Of a stretch of DNA of 64,000 bases, positions 56,918-64,000 are shown one piece after another. Each line of letters begins with the position of its first letter. Position 1 is the stretch's first letter. Both the position numbers and the translations under genes were made by a program. Location of the stretch: IMG/VR virus record IMGVR_UViG_3300034062_004313, positions 32,001-96,000 of that record. The stretch is one strand, 5' to 3'. Origin of the DNA: a virus. The notes under the pieces were generated by a model, which did not search any database, was not told the origin of the DNA, and was given only the letters and a program-made list of their open reading frames with translations.

Positions 56918-57423
56918 TTGATTATGATACGGATACTAAGCAAATACAATTAACCGAAAATGCTTATGTCATTCCTGAATTAAGAAATCTTATAGATAAA
57001 TATCCAGATAATTATGTACCATATGTTACATACGTATATTTAATGTGTGGATATAATAGCCCTTATATTAATTTACCAGATTCTGAAAGACAGGAGCAGG
57101 TAATATTTGATGTTCAAGAATTATTCACAGACTTTGACCCCTTCGAACCATTATTAGAAAAGGCGGTGGAAAAACTGAGTGACTTATATAAAAGTCCAAT
57201 TATGAAATTAGCTGAAGAGCTTGGTAATGAAGTGGATAGATTCAGAAAGATTCTAAAAACTGAAGCTATTGTAACTGGACCAGAAGGTAATTTCAGAGAA
57301 AGAATGGCTCTCTTAGAGAAAATTGATAAGATATCAAGTTCTTATGCAAAGGTAAAAGAACAAGCAAAAAAAGAAATGGATGATGATGGTATACGTGGTG
57401 ACCATGAAATAGGTATGTACTAA
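56902..57423 (+). CDS. conserved protein before terminase (possible small terminase subunit)
   Basis: Position, NSPYINL motif, helical C-terminus ending IRGD; function inferred. Confidence 0.45.
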   Translation: MLPKIIDYDTDTKQIQLTENAYVIPELRNLIDKYPDNYVPYVTYVYLMCGYNSPYINLPDSERQEQVIFDVQELFTDFDPFEPLLEKAVEKLSDLYKSPIMKLAEELGNEVDRFRKILKTEAIVTGPEGNFRERMALLEKIDKISSSYAKVKEQAKKEMDDDGIRGDHEIGMY

Positions 57424-59723
57424 TGTTTTTTAAATTCCCCTTAAAAATACCAAGATGGAAATCTTCTACTAATGAGTGGGATTACCAAATTTTTGATAAT
57501 AAACAATCCTTTATAGATTATATGTGGAAGCAATTTAAACTTCCCGGAGAATATAATTTAAGAGAAGATATTAACTTAAAGATACAAGAAGAGGGTATTA
57601 AATATACCAAAACTGCTAATCCAGAAACATTTCAAGGTGGTCGTTACCACAATTATGTCAAGGGTAGCATACATTATAAGAATTGGCACACTGCTCAAAA
57701 AGAGAAGGTTTTATGTGGAGTGATATATGATGACTTTTATATCCCCCCTTATTATCATTGGTATCTAAACTTTTGCCCATTCTTTGATGACATAAAAATG
57801 TTATATAGATTTGGAGATGTGTGGGATACAGATTTATGGTATTTCCACTATCTCACTTTATGTCTATTACTAGGTAAGAATGTTTATGGTGTTAAGGGTA
57901 GACAGAAAGGATTTTCCTTGAAACATATGGCATTTCTATATTGGGGATATTGTTGGTTTGGAGGTGGTGTATATACTGTAGGAGCATATGATGAGAGTCT
58001 TGTTGATAAATCTTGGATATTCTTAGAGAGATATAGAAATCACATAAATAAATACACTCCTTGGAAAAGAGGACCAATTAAACCTAAATCCTTAGAATGG
58101 GAAGAACTTATTGAAACCAAGAAGGGTGGAACAGTTGGAGGTGGAGCAAAACTCTCTGGAGTTACATTCAAACAAAGTCCTACAAAAGATGTAGGGGGTG
58201 TTCAAACAATATTCAATTATGAAGAACCCGGAGTTAGCCCTACAATAACCCAAACATACTCTTTTATAAAACCTGCTATGAAAAAGGGGTCTGTAAAGAC
58301 TGGTATATTTGTAGCATGTGGTTCTGTAGGTAATCTTGAACAAGCAGAAGGATTAAGACAGATGGTATATAATCCTGCTTCTTATGATGGTCTTCCTGTT
58401 AAAAATATATGGGATGAAGATGCTGGACCAGATGACACTTGTGCCATATTTATATCAGAAGCATATTCTATGCTTGGTGAAGATTATCACTTTGATGATT
58501 ATGGTAAAGTGGTTGGTGGTTCTGGTAGACCATTCATTGATAATGCTGGTAATTCAGATATTAAATTATCATTAGAATGGATTGCTGAAAATGATAAACT
58601 TCTTCAAGTCTCTAAAAAGAGTGAAGAAGAAAAGCAAATTGATAGGTCTCAGAAATGTACAAGCTTAAAGCAAGCATTTGCTGAAAGAAAAATATCCTAC
58701 TTTCCTGTTGCCAAATTAAAAAGGAGACAAGAACAATTAAAAATATTAGAGAGTGAAGGAAAGTTAAAGCATCGTAAAGGGTTATTATATATTGATAATG
58801 ACGGTGTTATAAAACTTGATGAAAAGGATAAAGGAGAAGAACATGGTTATCCTATTAATCCAGCTTGGGAAGATAAAAGAGGATGTGTTACAATAATTCA
58901 TGATTGTGAACCAAATCCTGCTAAATATAGATATTTTGTTGGAGTGGATACAGTGGAAGCAGATGAAACAACTACATCTGATTCTATACAAACAGTTGAT
59001 GTATTTGAAGGACAAACCACTGTTAAGGATGAACATGGTAGAATATTAAGAATAGAAGGTGATAGACTTGTTGCTACTTATAGAGGTAGATTTAATCCTG
59101 TAGATGGTGGAAATGAACAAGCATGGCTCTTAATAAAAAAGTATAATGGTTACTGCTATCAAGAAAGGAGTAAGCCAAACTTTCAATCTTACATGAAGAG
59201 AAATGGTTGGGCTGAACAATATTTAGCTAAGGAATCAGAAGTGCAAATATTCAAAGATGTAAACTTCTATAAAGAAAAGCCTGATAGTGGATTATATGGA
59301 TTTACTATCACTTTAAATAATCAAATATGGGAAACCTTTAAGAAGATAGGAAGTGAATATCTTCATTCTGAATATGATAGGCAAACTATAACAACTGAAG
59401 AAGGGGATGAGAAATCAATAAAAATATATACAGGTATAGATAGAATTGAAGACTATTGGTTATTGGAAGAATTTATTCAATATGCAGAAGATAAATCTGG
59501 AAGACCTAAAAAGAATACAGATAGGTTAATTTCATTCTTTGCAGCTTTGATACTTTCGAAGGTGTTCCAAAATAGTCACAACTCTATAAGAATAGAACAT
59601 AGTCAAAAAGATGTACCTAAAAAGGTATATTCTCCGAAACCTGTAAATATGCTTGGTGGTGTGAGTAAAAAAACGTATAATAATACTAAAGGGGTCAGAA
59701 AAAGACCTATATCAATGATATAA
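57423..59723 (+). CDS. terL: terminase large subunit
   Basis: Walker A KGRQKGFS, Walker B YEEPG, nuclease GVD, C-terminal NTDRLIS. Confidence 0.9.
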   Translation: MFFKFPLKIPRWKSSTNEWDYQIFDNKQSFIDYMWKQFKLPGEYNLREDINLKIQEEGIKYTKTANPETFQGGRYHNYVKGSIHYKNWHTAQKEKVLCGVIYDDFYIPPYYHWYLNFCPFFDDIKMLYRFGDVWDTDLWYFHYLTLCLLLGKNVYGVKGRQKGFSLKHMAFLYWGYCWFGGGVYTVGAYDESLVDKSWIFLERYRNHINKYTPWKRGPIKPKSLEWEELIETKKGGTVGGGAKLSGVTFKQSPTKDVGGVQTIFNYEEPGVSPTITQTYSFIKPAMKKGSVKTGIFVACGSVGNLEQAEGLRQMVYNPASYDGLPVKNIWDEDAGPDDTCAIFISEAYSMLGEDYHFDDYGKVVGGSGRPFIDNAGNSDIKLSLEWIAENDKLLQVSKKSEEEKQIDRSQKCTSLKQAFAERKISYFPVAKLKRRQEQLKILESEGKLKHRKGLLYIDNDGVIKLDEKDKGEEHGYPINPAWEDKRGCVTIIHDCEPNPAKYRYFVGVDTVEADETTTSDSIQTVDVFEGQTTVKDEHGRILRIEGDRLVATYRGRFNPVDGGNEQAWLLIKKYNGYCYQERSKPNFQSYMKRNGWAEQYLAKESEVQIFKDVNFYKEKPDSGLYGFTITLNNQIWETFKKIGSEYLHSEYDRQTITTEEGDEKSIKIYTGIDRIEDYWLLEEFIQYAEDKSGRPKKNTDRLISFFAALILSKVFQNSHNSIRIEHSQKDVPKKVYSPKPVNMLGGVSKKTYNNTKGVRKRPISMI

Positions 59724-62500
59724 TGGCGCAAACTAAAATGATATGGAGCAGTGATTTGTATAAAGGATTTAAAACAAATTCTGCCCAACAACTAAAAATA
59801 GACGACCTTCTTCCTTTTAATTTCTTAGTGGAAAAAGAAAAAGGACCGGATTGGATAAGAGCTGTAGCAGATTTCTATGAAACTGCTGGATGGGTTAATG
59901 TAGAAAAGAAAGCTTACGGTATTCAAAGAAATTTTGATTTACGTTATTCAAAGCTGAATCCATCCGATTATATTGTTGGGCCATCTCACTATGATTATTA
60001 CTTAGCTGCTGGACTTGATGTTGCTATTGGAGAAACTTCTCCTATACAACAATTCTATCCATTAGTAGATAATATTGTAGACTTACTAAGAGGAGAATAT
60101 GTTAAGAGAGATAATAGTATGTTAATTGAAGTGATAGACCCATATTCTCAAAATGAACTATTTGAAAAGAAAGAGAAAGAATTTGAAGGAGTGATGATGA
60201 GTTATTTAGAAAAACAGATACAACTCAATCTTCAAAAATCAGGACTTGCTCCATCTCAAGACCAAAACTTAAATCAACAATACGAACAGAGTTATCAAGA
60301 TGCTATGAGACAACTTACAGAAGTTGAAATGGCATCTAAAAAATATAGAACCACAGGACAAAAGTGGGCTGAAAAGGTTTTAAAGGTACATGACCAAAGA
60401 TATAATTTACACGAATTAGAACCAGATGGTTTTGAAAGCTCTCTAATATCAGATAGATGTTTTTATCATATTGACTTATTAGAAGATGATTTTAAATTAG
60501 AACTTATAAATGTTAAGTGGTGTGATTATCACAAGGGACCAAATGTTAAATATGTTTCAGAAGGAGACTACTTTCTTTGGTTTGAATTTATGAGCAGTGG
60601 CCAAATTATAGATAAGTTTGGTACAAGAATGGAAGAAAAGGATATAGATAAGCTAAAAGAAGTTTATTTAAAAACCTCAAATCTTGTTGTACCCGATGGT
60701 CAAAGAGCTATACAAGGTGCTTATTATGACCATAGTAAACCTTGGAGTGAAGCTACAGATTTGAATCCTAATATGAACAATGCTTTATTAGGTAAAGAAC
60801 TTGCTTACTCCTACATGCGTTCTCCAAACTTTGACCACAATGAAGATGTGGATATACTAAATCCTGTTTGGGGAAGAAGAGTGACAGGTAAGCCACAAAT
60901 GTTTAGAGTGATGAGACTCTATTGGAAGAGTATGAGAAAGATTGGTTGGCTTACTAAAATAGATAGGTCAGGAGTTATGTCATATAATGATTGGGTAGAT
61001 GAACATTTTGTAGTGACAGAAGAACCTAAATATGACCACACTTTAATAAAAGAAAAGAAGAAGGATAATTTATTATATGGAGAACATATTGATTGGACAT
61101 GGGTTCCTCAATGGAGACATGTGATTAAAATTTCTCCAAATCAAAAGCATACATTCTGGATGAATTGGAATGAAACATTTGAAACCATATATATTGATGG
61201 AGCACCTGTTAAGTTTCAATTTAAAGGAGATAAAAGTCCATATGGATGTTTACCACCTGTTGAAGGTGCTGAATTTAGCTGGATGAATACTGGACCAGTT
61301 TCTTTAGTAGATAGACTTAAACCAAAGCAAATACTTTATAATATTTGCATGAATAAAGTACCTAAAAAGATATTGGAAGATTTTGGATTAAAACTCGGTG
61401 TACATAATTCTCTTGTTACAAATGGTTCTACATCTGTTCAATCTGAAGTTGACCCACTTATGGAATTTGAAGAAAGACTTAGAGAATCTCCAATATTTAA
61501 TTATAGTACAGATATGGATACATTGAGAGCTATAGGACAACCTCCTAGACCTGAATTGTATAACATGTCCACTGTACAAGATGCTCAAGCATATTTACAA
61601 TTGGCAACATTTGTTAAAGAGAGTGCTGGTGAAGATGTTGGTATAACAAGACAACGTACAGCTAAGATGCAAGCTTCTGAAACTGCTACAGGAATACAAC
61701 AAGCAATAAATTATTCTGAAACTCAAACAGAGAAATATTTTGAGAATTACAGTAATTTAATGACAAGAGTGAGACAGCGTATGTTAGATGCTGCTCAATT
61801 TTATAGCACATTTGTTCCTTCTTCAAGAGATATATATCTTAATGAATATGAAGAGAATGTATTTCTTGAAATGGATGGGATGCAAAATCTGCTTCCACAA
61901 TATTTAATAAAGGTGACTTCCAGACCAAATGTTAAGGAAGCCTTGAAACAAATTAAACAATTCCTATTCGAAGAAAATACTCTTCCTATAAAACCTTCTG
62001 ATAAGATACAAGCTTTCTTTAATAATAGTCAGGCAAGAATAATAGAACTTTTCAAAGAAGGTGAAGCAGAACAAGTTCTTAGAGAAGATAAACAAAGAGA
62101 ATTTGAACAATCTATGCAACAAGAAAAACTTGCTCAACAAGAAAGATTAGAACAAGATAAGAGAGAAAGAGAAGATAATAATAAAGAACTTGATAGAGAG
62201 AGCAATGAATATATTGCTTCTATAAGAGCATTGGGTGGAGTTCAAACTGATGCTAATGTAGACGGTACATTAGATGCTGCTCAAAATATGCAAATATTAA
62301 TGAAGCAAAAAGAGATGCAAAATAAAGCAATGCAACTTATAGATGAAAGACAATCCAAACGTCAAGAAGCTATAGAGACTAATCTACTTGAAAGAGAGAA
62401 GATTGCTGGTAAACTTGAAGAGACAAGAATGAAAACTGAAGCTCAGAAGTTTGTTGCAAAAGAAAACAAACAAAAGCATGAAGTAAAGAAAAGGAAATAG
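59723..62500 (+). CDS. portal protein (crAss-like)
   Basis: 925 aa directly after terL; QFYP..NIVDLLRGE..KR, SLVDRLKP.QILYNI, GITRQR, ETATG; coiled-coil tail. Confidence 0.88.
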   Translation: MAQTKMIWSSDLYKGFKTNSAQQLKIDDLLPFNFLVEKEKGPDWIRAVADFYETAGWVNVEKKAYGIQRNFDLRYSKLNPSDYIVGPSHYDYYLAAGLDVAIGETSPIQQFYPLVDNIVDLLRGEYVKRDNSMLIEVIDPYSQNELFEKKEKEFEGVMMSYLEKQIQLNLQKSGLAPSQDQNLNQQYEQSYQDAMRQLTEVEMASKKYRTTGQKWAEKVLKVHDQRYNLHELEPDGFESSLISDRCFYHIDLLEDDFKLELINVKWCDYHKGPNVKYVSEGDYFLWFEFMSSGQIIDKFGTRMEEKDIDKLKEVYLKTSNLVVPDGQRAIQGAYYDHSKPWSEATDLNPNMNNALLGKELAYSYMRSPNFDHNEDVDILNPVWGRRVTGKPQMFRVMRLYWKSMRKIGWLTKIDRSGVMSYNDWVDEHFVVTEEPKYDHTLIKEKKKDNLLYGEHIDWTWVPQWRHVIKISPNQKHTFWMNWNETFETIYIDGAPVKFQFKGDKSPYGCLPPVEGAEFSWMNTGPVSLVDRLKPKQILYNICMNKVPKKILEDFGLKLGVHNSLVTNGSTSVQSEVDPLMEFEERLRESPIFNYSTDMDTLRAIGQPPRPELYNMSTVQDAQAYLQLATFVKESAGEDVGITRQRTAKMQASETATGIQQAINYSETQTEKYFENYSNLMTRVRQRMLDAAQFYSTFVPSSRDIYLNEYEENVFLEMDGMQNLLPQYLIKVTSRPNVKEALKQIKQFLFEENTLPIKPSDKIQAFFNNSQARIIELFKEGEAEQVLREDKQREFEQSMQQEKLAQQERLEQDKREREDNNKELDRESNEYIASIRALGGVQTDANVDGTLDAAQNMQILMKQKEMQNKAMQLIDERQSKRQEAIETNLLEREKIAGKLEETRMKTEAQKFVAKENKQKHEVKKRK

Positions 62501-62527
62501 TTATATTATCAAATTGAAATTTAACAA

Positions 62528-62559
62528 TTTGGAAAAATAATTTAAAAAGTGTATTATAT
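62528..62559 (+). promoter_or_regulatory. promoter-like element before scaffold/MCP
   Basis: TTTG-N20-TATTATAT. Confidence 0.55.
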
Positions 62560-62581
62560 ATTATAAAACAAAACCAATATT

Positions 62582-63727
62582 ATGCAAACAGAAAAAGCTG
62601 CATATGATGATTTCTTCGGATTGAATGATATTCCTACCGAAGATGTGATTATTCAGAAAGACAATAATTTTAGCACTACAGGAAATGGAGATTTTGATAT
62701 TCTAAATCCATTAGAAAAAAAAGAAGAAGTTATTGTAGAAAAGAAAGAACAGAATCAAGAAGAAGTTGATATTCTTGAAAGTGATAAAAAAGAAGAAAAA
62801 GAACAAGAAGATATTACAAATATTGTAAACTTCTTTCAAGAAAGGGTTAAGAAGGGAATATTTTCGAATCTTGTTGATGAAGAAGGAAATGATGTAACGC
62901 TATCTAAAGTTGAAGATATTGATAGTTTCTTAGAAGCAAACTTTAATTACAGAGTAGAAAAGGAAAAAGAAACTCTTGAAACAACTTGGTACGAAACAAA
63001 AAGTCCAGCATGGAAAGCAGTTGCTCAATATGCTGATTACGTTCAAGACCCAACACAACTTATTCCATTCCTTCAAGGTGTTAATAACATAATGAACATT
63101 TCTGAAGTGGATGAAACCACAATAGAAGGAGCAGAAAGCATTGTAAGATTTAAAATGCAAGCTTCTGGAGATGATGAAGAAACTATAGAAGAACAGATTA
63201 AGATTCTTAAAGATTCAGATAAAATTGTTGATATAGCAAAAAGATATAAACCTGCATTAGTTCAGAGTGAAACTCAAAGACTCTCACAAATGCAAGAAAA
63301 AGCTAAAAAGGACCAAGACCAATATATTGAATCCGTTAGAGCCTATGAAAAGTTAGCTATAGAAAATATTGAAAAGCCTTTATTTGGAGAGAAATTAAAT
63401 CAAGAAGAGAAAGCAATTATATATGATATGATTGCTATCCCAAATCAAGAACTAGGTGGATACGCTATATTTTCAGCAATAGATGATTTGTATGAAAAGC
63501 AAGACATGGAAACCCTTAGAGAAATAGCTCTTCTAATAGCAAATAAACAAAAATTCTACACTTATGCTTCAAAAGCTGCAACAGTTAAAACAGCAGCAGA
63601 TTTGCAAAGAAAGCTTAGAGTACAATTAGAAAGTGATAAAAAAAGTTCATCGAAAGATGACCCTGAAATAACAAATGTAAAAGCCCCTACATATAAACAA
63701 CAAGGCAAGCCGAGATTCGGATTTTAA
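62582..63727 (+). CDS. acidic scaffold-like head protein
   Basis: Acidic and helical; lies between portal and MCP as in crAss-like phages. Confidence 0.6.
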   Translation: MQTEKAAYDDFFGLNDIPTEDVIIQKDNNFSTTGNGDFDILNPLEKKEEVIVEKKEQNQEEVDILESDKKEEKEQEDITNIVNFFQERVKKGIFSNLVDEEGNDVTLSKVEDIDSFLEANFNYRVEKEKETLETTWYETKSPAWKAVAQYADYVQDPTQLIPFLQGVNNIMNISEVDETTIEGAESIVRFKMQASGDDEETIEEQIKILKDSDKIVDIAKRYKPALVQSETQRLSQMQEKAKKDQDQYIESVRAYEKLAIENIEKPLFGEKLNQEEKAIIYDMIAIPNQELGGYAIFSAIDDLYEKQDMETLREIALLIANKQKFYTYASKAATVKTAADLQRKLRVQLESDKKSSSKDDPEITNVKAPTYKQQGKPRFGF

Positions 63728-63740
63728 AAATTGAAATAAA

Positions 63741-64000
63741 ATGATAAACAACAAAGTAGGACTTGGGAGTTTAGGTCATCCCGGTATTTTTATCGGTCAG
63801 ACACGAGTGAAGGGTTTGACAAATCACCTAGATATCCCTTATGTAACAGCACTCGAAGGTGCTCAAACCGACAAATTAGACTTTGGTGTGCTTGATTTGT
63901 GGGCACTTAAACAAAGAACTGATTCCCCACTTCTATCTTTAGCAGTGGAAAACGCTCAGATTATCTATACTGATGCGGATTATTACACATTCGAACTTCC
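63741..64000 (+). CDS. major capsid protein, N-terminal part (truncated by window)
   Basis: Manual translation MINNKVGLGSLGHPGIFIGQT...NHLD...DFGVLDLWALKQRTDSPLL; position after portal and scaffold. Confidence 0.75.
   Translation, partial: MINNKVGLGSLGHPGIFIGQTRVKGLTNHLDIPYVTALEGAQTDKLDFGVLDLWALKQRTDSPLLSLAVENAQIIYTDADYYTFEL

Noticed and set aside
1-64000. Genome-wide stop-codon reassignment as in some crAss-like phages
   Set aside because: Long genes are intact in the standard code, and TAA, TAG and TGA all end genes flush with the next start.
1-64000. tRNA genes, CRISPR arrays, integrase, reverse transcriptase/DGR, DNA polymerase
   Set aside because: None recognised by eye. tRNAscan-SE and a repeat finder would be needed to exclude degenerate cases.

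Overview
The window is 64 kb of an AT-rich, lytic-type dsDNA phage genome, most likely Crassvirales-like and infecting a Bacteroidota host. The host call rests on TTTG-N20-TAnnTTTG promoters and A-rich leaders without Shine-Dalgarno motifs. Positions 1-48.7 kb are almost all on the minus strand. They hold replication and repair genes (UDG, DUF932-like, primase, two SSB-like proteins, SF2 helicase, DnaB-like helicase, RNA ligase, GHKL ATPase, vWA protein) among more than 100 small modular hypothetical ORFs. From 48.97 kb the plus strand carries PhoH with a LAGLIDADG intein, an HU/IHF-like gene, a PD-(D/E)xK nuclease, terminase, portal, a scaffold-like protein and the start of the major capsid protein. 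The most striking unexplained signal is a dense set of structured RNA elements on the minus strand of the presumed early region (37-48.5 kb). It includes two hammerhead ribozymes (a type III with an extra core U, and a type I with a G3:C8 swap and a kissing loop) that bracket a 1,423-nt multi-gene segment. It also includes two covarying copies of an unassigned pseudoknot motif, a family of loop-E/bulged-G hairpins and a ~470-nt ornate ncRNA candidate. A chromosomal-type parS site lies just upstream of the first ribozyme. All assignments are by eye; no searches were run.
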